DNA from: Candidatus Poriferihabitaceae bacterium | GTDB taxonomy: Bacteria > Pseudomonadota > Gammaproteobacteria > Arenicellales > Poriferihabitantaceae | Length of the DNA: 64,000 nucleotides | Direction: 5' to 3' | Assembly (NCBI GenBank): GCA_965221795.1 | Contig: OZ244914.1 | Location: 3,130,030-3,194,029, forward strand | Part shown: piece after piece, positions 37,233 to 46,024 of the stretch | Layout of the letters: every line of letters starts with the position of its first letter | Position numbering within the stretch: position 1 is the stretch's first letter | Notes under the pieces: generated by a model | What the model was told of the DNA's origin: nothing | The model's input: the letters and a program-made list of their open reading frames with translations, nothing else | Database searches by the model: none | Translations under genes and position numbers: made by a program

Positions 37233-38115
37233 CTAGCGCACATCGACCGTGACGTCGCAATATTCGGCATAACTACGACCTCCTCTTTGCCGCCAGGCCT
37301 CACTGGGCCAGCGCTCCGGGCCGCAATTGTAGGCGTGCCGAAAGGTGGCCCCATAGCCAACTAAATGTACAACCTCGGGGTTTTGAATCAGGTTGCGGCC
37401 TGCGCCATCCTTGAATGATCTACATGAATCGCCGCCCCTAATGCAAACATTGCCCCAGATCCGCACCCGGAAGATGCCGTTGCTCGGGGTCTTGGCGATC
37501 GGGGTGGGAGTGGAGCCGGCGGTGTACGTGCCAGGGGTGCCAGGGGTGCCAGGGGTGTACGTGCTGGGAATATCCCCAGCCTGCTGCTGCGGGGTGTTCC
37601 CATCGTACTCGCCAGTCAGGGGCGTCGTATCTCCCGTGCATGCCGGGTACCCGCGATTAGCGGTGAAAGTTCTTCCCATGAAAGTAACTCTCCGCGAGCA
37701 TTTTCTGGCCTTCCAGGTAGGGCAGGCGATGGCGATGGGCCCGCCGCGGGAATAGGTGCCGGTGGCATTGTGGAACTCGACCGGTTGCCCCGAGCCCGGA
37801 CTGTGGGCGCACTTAAAGCCAGAGCCCACGCCGAAGGTCGTCGTCGAGCCCGCAGGAGCGGGCAGGACCTCGATCTGCAGGTCCCGGACCAAGCCGTGCC
37901 AGATCCGGTTTTGAACGGTGGGGGCGGGCCCGGTCAGGTGGCTTGTCAGACTGCTGACGTGAACGGGGGCGGGCTGCAGAACCCGTGAATTTCGGTCCGA
38001 GTTCGGGATAAGGCTCTCATACTGTGCCGATGCGGGCAGGGCAAGGGCCGTGCTCAGCAGGATGGCGGCGAAAGCCCTGAGAAAGAGAGGGGGGGGGGGG
38101 GGTAAAGCGTATCAT
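37233..38115 (-). CDS. GC-rich secreted Cys-rich hypothetical protein, currently out of frame at a poly-C(14) tract just after the start codon
   Basis: ATG at 38115 (MIRFT), then C14. A signal peptide, LFLRAFAAILLSTALALPASA-QYE, continues into ORF 37233..37892 in the frame that C13 or C16 would restore. That frame has no ATG/GTG/TTG upstream of the signal peptide. Confidence 0.6.
37531..37557. repeat. 9-bp tandem repeat x3 (ccaggggtg) inside the secreted-protein gene
   Basis: Read directly. On the coding strand it encodes PGTPGTPGT. It is flanked by the duplicated gtacgtg. Confidence 0.85.
38089..38102. repeat. homopolymeric G14 (C14 on the coding strand)
   Basis: Counted directly: G at 38089-38102. 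Confidence 0.95.
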
Positions 38116-38334
38116 GATGGATCCTCCAGGCTGCGTGACTGTCTTTACTTCTACTACTTTTCTGTCTGAGTAGAAGGGGCCTTAAAAAAACTACCCAGCA
38201 TTATATCAGCTTTCATGTCCCCTTTTCCAGTGTGAAGTGCAACACCCCTTAAGCCGCTAGCTGGTGAGGTGAAAAGCTTGCGGTGGGCCAGAGGATGGTC
38301 AACCATCTCGGTTGATCACCAACGGAGGATTGCC

Positions 38335-39303
38335 ATGCCCGTAGGCTACCATCACCTGACCCCTGCCGAACGATGCCAGATTCACGCCCTTTTGCATCGG
38401 GGGTGGTCGAAACGGGAGATCGCCCGCGATCTCGGACGGGATCCCGCGACGATCTCGCGGGAGACCTCGCGCAACCGTGGCCAGCGCGGCTACCGGCACC
38501 AACCGGCCGACCTCCAGGCCACGGCCCGCCGTCAGGAAGTGTCGGCGGTGCCCCGGAAGATGACACCGGAGCGCTGGGCGGCCGCGGAAGAACGGTTGCA
38601 GGAAGGATGGAGCCCGGAACCGATCGCTGGCTGGGTTCGGCTGCCGGGGGAAGGGATGGCGGGCCAGGAGTGGATCTACCCGTAGGTGCGGGCCGACCGG
38701 CAGGCGGGAGGAATCCGGTACCGGTGCCTGCGCCGTCGGGGCCAGAAGCCGAACGGGCGCGGCGGCCGCCATGCCGGACGCGGTCACATTCCCGATCGGG
38801 TCGGCCTTGCGGAGCGCCCGGCAGTGGTCGAGGAGAAGGGCCGGATCGGAGACTGGGAGCGGGATACGATCATTGGCGCGAGACACCGGGAGGCGCTGGT
38901 ATCGGCGGTGGACCGGGGCTCGAAGTTCCTCTTCCTGGAGTGGGTGGAGGGCCAGACGGCCACCGCCGTGACCGCGGCGCTCACCCGGCGTCTGGGTCCG
39001 GTCCGGGACCGGGTTCACACCTGCACGGCGGACCACGACAAGGAGTTCGCGAGGCATCGGGAGATCGCGGAGAAGCTCGATGCGGGCTTTTACTTCGCCA
39101 CCCCCTACCATTCCTGGGAACGGGGCCGGAACGAGCACACCAACGGCCTGGTGCGCCAGTACTTCCCGAAAGGGACGGACTTCCGCCAGGTGACTCCTGC
39201 GCCGGTGCGGGCAGTGGAGGACCGGCTCCACCGTCGGCCTCGGAAGGTCTTGGGATACCGCACTCCGGCGGAGGTCTTTGCCCGTGGGCCGGCTCCCCCC
39301 TGA
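38335..39303 (+). mobile_element. IS30-family transposase gene with one in-frame TAG
   Basis: HTH region LTPAERCQIHALLHRGWSKREIARDLGRDPATISRE. DDE region GDWERDTI...TADHDKEF...PYHSWERGRNEHTNGLVRQYFPKG. ORFs 38269..38685 and 38686..39303 are in the same frame, separated by TAG at 38683-38685 (WIYP*VRADRQAGG). Confidence 0.8.
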
Positions 39304-39660
39304 CGCGGTCCGCGGTCGCCCCTCGACCCCGGCACTCCGGGCCCTCTGGTGATCCACCGGAGCGGCTTCGCTCGGCCTCCCGGTCCTGGGTGCGCCCTTG
39401 CCTTGGCCGATGGCTTCGATCAGGATCGACAGCAGTCGAGATGGCTGCCATCCGGGACCGAAAAGAAGCGCTCGCAGCGCGATTTTTTGGGTCGCCGCCG
39501 CGATCCCTCCCTTCGGGCTACGCCCTCATTCCGGGATCGCGGCACGGTTGCACTTCGGACTGGTCCCGGGGCCTTCATCTCGGATATTCTCCGTCTGGAC
39601 TTTTGAATAGCCCTGGGGGCAGTGGGGCAGGGACTACGGCCTGGGGTGATCTCTCCCAAA
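39300..39660 (-). pseudogene. second IS1634-family transposase fragment, decayed
   Basis: Nt 39572-39615 are about 90 percent identical to 35149-35192. The continuation shows weak IS1634-like strings (PG....CNR, AAATQK) across frames. Confidence 0.4.
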
Positions 39661-39970
39661 CATGGTATCGGCGCATGATCTCATGGCTGGACAACCGATG
39701 CGCCGACAGATCTGCATCGAGCATTCGGGTACACGCGATATACAGAGAGACGACTCCTACTGTTGGTATTTTCTTCTGGCAAATTTGATGGGCTCATCGC
39801 AGCTTGACCTGGTGGTCAGTCAGTTCCAGTAGGGAAGTGGGGTTTGTGCATGTGCGATACACATAATGGTTGCGTGACATCCTATTGGGCGACAATGCGG
39901 TTGGTCGGTTCCAATTGTGCGAAAGTTTTGTCGGTCTTCCTGCAGTCGAGTCAGTGATTCTCATGCCGGA

Positions 39971-40855
39971 TTACTGCAGGAGACGCCTTTCACGCCAAAA
40001 GATGAGCAAGCCACCTCCGACGATGAGGAATACGCCCGGAAGAAGGCGGTCGAATGGGGCTTCACCGAATACCAGCCAACCAATGAGGAAGGAAAAGGGA
40101 ATGCCAAAGTATTCAAACGGAGACAGGTTGCTTGGTAAGGTAAGGCGATAGGCGGTAATCAGCGAGAAAACGGCGATACTTCCGACGAACCCCATCAGCA
40201 GCATCCACATCCAATCCCCGAAACTGGAAATGGGTATATAGGAATCGGTAAGCAGCATCAGCAGGAAGGTGAAAATCAGTGTATAGAAGTTGGTATGCAG
40301 GTTGATTACGGAAGTGGGAGTATGATCATCAAACAAACGGACCAGTACACTCGACAGGGCATAACCAAAAGCTGCACAGATGGGCAACAGGGAAACCGGC
40401 TGAAACACGTCGCTCTGGGGTTGCGTCACGAGAATGATGCCGATAAACCCAATGAGAACCGCCAGCCATCGTACCGCCCCGACCCGATGATGCAAAATCG
40501 GTACGGATAGTGCGGTGATGAAAAGAGGCCCCGCATATGCCAGTGTGGAAGCGGTAGCAAACTCCATCTGGGTCAGGGAAAGATAGAAACAATATTGTGC
40601 TCCGGCAACGGAAGCTCCTCGCATGATCGCCAGCGGCCATTGACGTAATCGAATACTGGTCCTGACATGGAAGCGACGCTGGGTCAGGTGCACCAGCAGA
40701 AAAGATGGAATGAGTCCAAAAATATTGCGGAACGTCGCAATTTGGGGAATCGAGTAGGAATCGCCCAGGAACTTGATGATTGCACCTTGAATATCGAACA
40801 GGAGAATGGCCAGCAGAATGATCCCGATGGCACGCAGGAAGCCGGAATCACGCAT
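39971..40855 (-). CDS. DMT-superfamily (EamA-like) transporter
   Basis: About 10 hydrophobic spans in two EamA-like halves. Start taken at MRDSGFLRA, 2 nt after the upstream gene's stop. Confidence 0.7.
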   Translation of the reverse strand: MRDSGFLRAIGIILLAILLFDIQGAIIKFLGDSYSIPQIATFRNIFGLIPSFLLVHLTQRRFHVRTSIRLRQWPLAIMRGASVAGAQYCFYLSLTQMEFATASTLAYAGPLFITALSVPILHHRVGAVRWLAVLIGFIGIILVTQPQSDVFQPVSLLPICAAFGYALSSVLVRLFDDHTPTSVINLHTNFYTLIFTFLLMLLTDSYIPISSFGDWMWMLLMGFVGSIAVFSLITAYRLTLPSNLSPFEYFGIPFSFLIGWLVFGEAPFDRLLPGVFLIVGGGLLIFWRERRLLQ

Positions 40856-40857
40856 GG

Positions 40858-41697
40858 TCAGGTAAACCGGTCCAGCACTTCCCGGATGGCGGGTATCCAA
40901 CCCGGACCGAACAGGTTCAAATGGTTCAATAGGTGGTAGAGGTTATAGATCGGGGCCCTGTCATCAAACCCGTCGGCCAGAGGGCGAGTTTCCATATAAG
41001 CGGAATAGAATCGTGGATCCATGGGGCCAAACAAGCGAGTCATGGACAGGTCGGTTTCTCCCCAACCGTAATGGGTGGCCGGATCTACCAAGGCCGGTCC
41101 GGTGGTCGTGAACAGTACATTGCCACCCCACAAATCCCCATGCACCAGGGAAGGCGGCTGTTCAGGAATCCAGCGAGGCAGATTGGCAGCCAGGGTCTCT
41201 AGGCGTGCATAGTCGGACACATCCAGCAAGTGGGCCTGAAGAGCCCGTTCCCCCTGGTCCAGCAGTCTGGAATGGGCAAAAAAGCCATACCCGTCCGAAT
41301 GACGGGTATTTGCCTGCGGCGTCAGTCCGATAAAATTGTCCCGGGAATGACCGAAATCAGGTGCGCTACAAGCATGGAGTTTGGCAAGCTGTCGGCCAAG
41401 ACGTTCGACATCCGCAACTTGTTCGGATGCCGGCTGCAACCACTCCATCAGAATGAATGAAGGGTCATGGTGAATCACATTCGGGACCCGTACGGTCTTG
41501 CTGGCTGCCAGTTGCTGGATGCCATCCCGTTCGGCATGGAAAAAATCGGGTGGTGCATGCACGAGCCTCTTGAAGCACCAGTGGCACGTTCCATGACGGA
41601 TTCGAAATACCTGACAGGTATGGCCTCCGGCAATCGGTGTGATCCGGTCAATGGGATGGCCCAGTATCTCGCCGATGATTTGTGCGATTTCATCCAT
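40858..41697 (-). CDS. fructosamine kinase family protein
   Basis: PSLVHGDLWGGNVLF and GWGETDLSMTRLFG motifs, about 280 aa. Confidence 0.8.
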   Translation of the reverse strand: MDEIAQIIGEILGHPIDRITPIAGGHTCQVFRIRHGTCHWCFKRLVHAPPDFFHAERDGIQQLAASKTVRVPNVIHHDPSFILMEWLQPASEQVADVERLGRQLAKLHACSAPDFGHSRDNFIGLTPQANTRHSDGYGFFAHSRLLDQGERALQAHLLDVSDYARLETLAANLPRWIPEQPPSLVHGDLWGGNVLFTTTGPALVDPATHYGWGETDLSMTRLFGPMDPRFYSAYMETRPLADGFDDRAPIYNLYHLLNHLNLFGPGWIPAIREVLDRFT

Positions 41698-42046
41698 CGA
41701 TTTTCCGGATGGCAAAATTGGCAGCCTGATAACCCGCATAATCTACCGTGAAATGCAGCCGGAAAATAGCCCGGTCTATCGATATGGCCCGACCGGTGAC
41801 CGACCAAAGAGAGTGGTATGGTGCGAAACCAATCTCTGGAAGGGTACCGGTCCTTTTGCCGTGGCATGTTCGGCCATGAGTGCGGGTACCGCAGCGAAGC
41901 CATTTTGGGCCCGGGGACTGTGGGATTTTCGGAAAACGCAGCCATATACACCCGGTTACGTTGTGGCATAATACGCCGCTTGCTCGAAAGTGATCAGATA
42001 AAGAGCCGATTTCTCAAACATCAACCTGTATTTTCAGGGAAAAATC

Positions 42047-42433
42047 GTGAACCTATTAATTCAAGATGCATGGGCTCAGTCCGCGGGGGGTGGTTCTGGC
42101 GGCCTGCTTGGGCTGTTACCCCTCGTCCTCATGTTCGTGATCTTCTATTTTCTTCTGATTCGACCCCAGCAGAAAAAATCCAAGGATCATCGGGCGATGG
42201 TAGAAGACCTCTCGAAAGGGGACGAGGTCGTGACTGTAGGGGGTGTGCTCGGACAGATTACCGATCTGGATGAAAATTTCATCATGTTGGAGGTGGCGGA
42301 TGGATTGCAGCTTCGGGTGCAACGATTTTCGGTTGCACAGATGATGCCCAAAGGGACTTTCAAGTCAAACAAGAAAACCAAAGCCGCCAAACCTGCCAAG
42401 TCCAACAAGACCAGCGATGTCGAATCATCCTGA
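42047..42433 (+). CDS. yajC: preprotein translocase subunit YajC (with a Lys-rich C-terminal extension)
   Basis: LLPLVLMFVIFYFLLIRPQQKKSKDHRAMVEDLSKGDEVVTVGGVLGQI. GTG start. Confidence 0.9.
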   Translation: MNLLIQDAWAQSAGGGSGGLLGLLPLVLMFVIFYFLLIRPQQKKSKDHRAMVEDLSKGDEVVTVGGVLGQITDLDENFIMLEVADGLQLRVQRFSVAQMMPKGTFKSNKKTKAAKPAKSNKTSDVESS

Positions 42434-42559
42434 GGCTTCGGGACGCCGCATCGCGACCCATTGGACTTGGTCGGTTACTCTGGTAGGACTCTTTTCTTTT
42501 CTCGATGGACCTTTTCGTAGCCCGGGCCGGTTAAACCAAAGGGTAATTTTGGAATTTCC

Positions 42560-44443
42560 ATGATAAACCAAACCGCTTGGTGGAGATATGTCCTGGTAGT
42601 GCTGGTCTTGCTATTGGGAGGCTACTATGCCTCGCCCAATCTGTTCGGCAATGACCCCGGTATGACCATTCGGGGGGTGCGTGGACTGTCCCTCGACCCA
42701 GGAGCTCTCGAAAGGGTGCAGGAAGTCCTGAACTCTGTGGCGATTCAACCATTGTCGGTCGTACAGGATGATCGTGGAATCCGGATCCGGTTCGAAACCA
42801 GTGAACAGCAACTGGTGGCGCGAGATGTCATGGCCCGCCGTCTTGGCGATCAGTACAGCACCGCCCTGACGCTGGTTTCCGGAGCGCCGGATTGGCTACT
42901 GAACTCGGGCGCGTATCCAATGTACCTTGGGCTGGACCTTCGGGGGGGAGTCCATTTTCTGCTGCAAGTCGATATGGAGACGGCAGTCGAAAACGCTCGG
43001 CAGCGATATGAAAGTGATGTCCGCCTGGTGCTTCGCGAGGACAAGTTGCGCTATCGCGGGGTGCGCGTGACGGCAGATGGTTCTGTCGAAGTCACCATGC
43101 GAAATCCCGGAGACCGTGCGCCAGCGATGGCAGTGGTCGAGAGGGAGTTGCCTGAGTTGGATCTGGAAGCGGATGAAGAGCGTCCCGATGTATTCCGTGC
43201 CACACTCGGCGAGACGCAGGTGGAGGAAATATACCGCTTTTCCCTGGAACAGAACATGACGGCGTTGCGGAATCGGATTGATCAATTGGGTGTGGCTGAG
43301 CCCGTTGTGCAACAACAGGGCGACAACCGAATCGTGATCCAGTTACCCGGTGTCCAGGATACGGAACGGGCTAAGCGTATTCTGGGCCGTGCCGCGACCC
43401 TGGAAATGCGCATGGTGGATGAACAGAATACGGTAGAAGCCGAACAGAGCGGGCAGTCACCTGCTGGCGCCCGGTTGTACAAGTTTCGTGACGGGCGCCG
43501 GATTTTACTGAAGCGGAGCATCATCTATTCTGGCGATAATATTGTCGATGCGGCGGCCAGCATTGATACCCAATCCGGCTCCCCCATCGTCAGCATTACC
43601 CTGGACGCCGAGGGAGCCCGGAAAAACAGCCGGATTACCGGTGACAACATTGGCAACCGTATGGCCGTGGTATATGTTGAAAATATCTCCGAAACAGAGC
43701 GGGATGTGGATGGCAATCTGGTATTGGACGAAAATGGACAACCGAAACGTATCAGTCGCAAGCTGGAAGAGGTCATCACCGCACCGGTGATTCGCGATCA
43801 GCTCGGCAAACGCTTTCAGATTGAAGGGATTGACAGTGTCGATGAAGCACGGGACCTGGCACTGATGCTTCGTTCCGGTTCTCTGGCGGCACCGGTAGAA
43901 ATTATTGAAGAGCGTACGGTCGGGCCTAGTCTGGGAAGAGCCAATATTAACCAGGGATTTCGGTCGGTAGTGGTAGGGCTGGCAGTAGTACTGGTCTTCA
44001 TGCTGGTCTATTACCGTCTCTTCGGCGTGGCTGCGAACATCGCCCTGACCACGAACCTGATCCTGATTGTAGCTGTCCTTTCGTTCTTTCAGGCCACGCT
44101 GACATTGCCCGGAGTGGCGGGAATCGTACTGACGGTGGGCATGGCGGTGGATGCCAACGTATTGATCTTTGAACGGATCCGTGAAGAGATCCGGAATGGC
44201 AATTCCCCTCAAGCGAGCATTCACCTCGGTTATGACAAGGCGCTGTCCACGATTCTGGATGCCAATGTTACCACCCTGATCGCGGCACTGGTCCTGTTCA
44301 ATTTCGGGACTGGTCCGATCAAGGGATTTGCGGTCACGTTGAGCATCGGCATCCTGACCTCCATGTTCACGGCCATCCTGCTGACCCGGGTGCTGGTGAA
44401 TTGGTATTACGGCGGCAAGAATGTCAAGGAGCTGATGATCTAG
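42560..44443 (+). CDS. secD: protein translocase subunit SecD
   Basis: LGLDLRGGVHFLLQVD and the C-terminal six-TM domain GFAVTLSIGILTSMFTAI. 627 aa. Confidence 0.93.
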   Translation: MINQTAWWRYVLVVLVLLLGGYYASPNLFGNDPGMTIRGVRGLSLDPGALERVQEVLNSVAIQPLSVVQDDRGIRIRFETSEQQLVARDVMARRLGDQYSTALTLVSGAPDWLLNSGAYPMYLGLDLRGGVHFLLQVDMETAVENARQRYESDVRLVLREDKLRYRGVRVTADGSVEVTMRNPGDRAPAMAVVERELPELDLEADEERPDVFRATLGETQVEEIYRFSLEQNMTALRNRIDQLGVAEPVVQQQGDNRIVIQLPGVQDTERAKRILGRAATLEMRMVDEQNTVEAEQSGQSPAGARLYKFRDGRRILLKRSIIYSGDNIVDAAASIDTQSGSPIVSITLDAEGARKNSRITGDNIGNRMAVVYVENISETERDVDGNLVLDENGQPKRISRKLEEVITAPVIRDQLGKRFQIEGIDSVDEARDLALMLRSGSLAAPVEIIEERTVGPSLGRANINQGFRSVVVGLAVVLVFMLVYYRLFGVAANIALTTNLILIVAVLSFFQATLTLPGVAGIVLTVGMAVDANVLIFERIREEIRNGNSPQASIHLGYDKALSTILDANVTTLIAALVLFNFGTGPIKGFAVTLSIGILTSMFTAILLTRVLVNWYYGGKNVKELMI

Positions 44444-44465
44444 TGACGATGCCTGGATCCCGATC

Positions 44466-45482
44466 ATGAAATTTCAACTCGTCAAAAAAACCAATATCAA
44501 CTTTCTGGGCCAGCGTCGGTTGGCGTTGGTGTGTTCCATAGTGGCGATTGTGATCAGTATTGGGGCCATCGCGATCAGGGGATTGAATTTTGGAATCGAC
44601 TTCACTGGCGGCACTTTGGTAGAGGTAGGCTATAACGATGCGGTGGAAATCCAGAACGTCCGTTCTGCCCTGGCGAGCGGGGGATTCGACGATGCGGTGG
44701 TGCAGCACTTTGGTACCTCAAGGGATGTCTTGATCCGCCTGCCGGTGACAGTCGAACGGGAACAGTTCAAAGCAGCGGAACTGAGTACTGCGGTGATGCA
44801 GTCCTTACGCAAGCCGACCGGGGAGTCGCTGGTGGAGCAGGCAGGTGCCGGGAGTCAACTCTGCAGTGTCAGCGGCGTGGAGCAGGAATGTGTCGTGCAG
44901 ATGCGCCGGGTAGAATTTGTCGGTCCCCAGGTTGGCGATGAACTGAAAGAAAAAGGCGGACTGGCGATGCTCTATGCGTTGGTGGGCATCCTGATTTATG
45001 TCACCTTCCGGTTTGAGTGGCGGTTTGCCCTGGGGTCGGTGGTGGCGCTGGTCCATGATGTATTGATTACCACCGGGGTCTTTGCCCTGTTCCAGTTTGA
45101 CTTCTCCCTGGCGGTACTGGCTGCCATACTGGCCGTGATTGGCTATTCGCTGAATGATACCATTGTTGTGTTTGACCGCGTCCGGGAAAACTTCCGCAAG
45201 TTGCGAAAGTCCGAGCCAGTGTCGGTCATCAACCAGTCGGTCAACGAAACCCTTCCGCGTACTTTGTTGACTTCACTGACCACCTTGTTTGTGGTCCTGT
45301 CCCTATTGTTTTTGGGTGGTGAGGTTATTCATGGGTTTGCGGTGGCCTTGTTCGTCGGAGTGTTGGTGGGGACCTATTCTTCCATCTTTGTCGCGAGCCC
45401 TACGGTTCTGGCACTGGGTATCACTCGGGAAGATCTGATGCCGGTAGTCAAGGAGGGAGCAGAGGCGGATTCCGGTACGTGA
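44466..45482 (+). CDS. secF: protein translocase subunit SecF
   Basis: LNFGIDFTGGT, YSLNDTIVVFDRVRE. Confidence 0.93.
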   Translation: MKFQLVKKTNINFLGQRRLALVCSIVAIVISIGAIAIRGLNFGIDFTGGTLVEVGYNDAVEIQNVRSALASGGFDDAVVQHFGTSRDVLIRLPVTVEREQFKAAELSTAVMQSLRKPTGESLVEQAGAGSQLCSVSGVEQECVVQMRRVEFVGPQVGDELKEKGGLAMLYALVGILIYVTFRFEWRFALGSVVALVHDVLITTGVFALFQFDFSLAVLAAILAVIGYSLNDTIVVFDRVRENFRKLRKSEPVSVINQSVNETLPRTLLTSLTTLFVVLSLLFLGGEVIHGFAVALFVGVLVGTYSSIFVASPTVLALGITREDLMPVVKEGAEADSGT

Positions 45483-45500
45483 TGTCCTGGACACCCAGCC

Positions 45501-46010
45501 ATGCGTTGTCCCTACTGTTCCACTGAAGATACCCGGGTTGTCGACTCCCGTCTGGCAGACCATGGGGATACGGTTCGCCGACGCCGGGAATGTCAGGCTT
45601 GCAATGAGCGATTTACTACTCAGGAGCAGGTCGTATTGCAGTTGCCCAGGGTGATCAAAGCAGATGGACGTCGGGAACGGTTTGAGGAGGACAAGCTGCG
45701 TCGAGGCATCACGCGTGCGCTGGAGAAGCGTCCGCTTGGCAACGAAGCCATTACCGCACTCATCAATCGATTGACGAGACGGCTGACCCGAAGTGGGGAG
45801 CGTGAAATCCCGTCCCAGCAGATTGGGCATCAAGTCATGGAAGAACTGAAAGAGCTGGATGAAGTGGCTTATGTGCGTTTCGCATCCGTGTACCGGAATT
45901 TCCAGGATTTGGAAGCATTTAGCGATGAAGTGGAGCGTCTGCGTGAAGACTTGATTGAAAGCAGCCAAAACAAGTTCCAGCTCTCCCTCTTTGCCGGCAC
46001 CCGAGACTGA
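45501..46010 (+). CDS. nrdR: transcriptional repressor NrdR
   Basis: MRCPYCSTEDTRVVDSR...RRRECQACNERFTT zinc ribbon plus an ATP-cone. Confidence 0.93.
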   Translation: MRCPYCSTEDTRVVDSRLADHGDTVRRRRECQACNERFTTQEQVVLQLPRVIKADGRRERFEEDKLRRGITRALEKRPLGNEAITALINRLTRRLTRSGEREIPSQQIGHQVMEELKELDEVAYVRFASVYRNFQDLEAFSDEVERLREDLIESSQNKFQLSLFAGTRD

Positions 46011-46024
46011 CCGGAAACCAAGCC

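Noticed and set aside
19190-38685. Stop-codon reassignment or programmed readthrough (TAA and TAG both replacing Tyr in the TIR-like and IS30 genes).
   Set aside because: All housekeeping genes terminate normally at TAA, TAG or TGA and contain no internal stops. Tyr codons are one mutation from both stops. Independent nonsense mutations in dispensable genes are the parsimonious explanation.
38299-39788. Very long ORFs in several frames over the GC-rich blocks (for example 38299..39357 on the minus strand at 352 aa, 38373..39788 on the plus strand at 471 aa, 19958..20998 on the minus strand at 346 aa, 55165..55928 on the minus strand, 57274..58284 on the plus strand).
   Set aside because: High GC removes stop codons in all frames. 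The translations are Arg/Pro/Gly/Ala-rich low-complexity strings, apart from the segments that match transposase motifs. They are shadow ORFs or concatenations of frameshifted IS frames.
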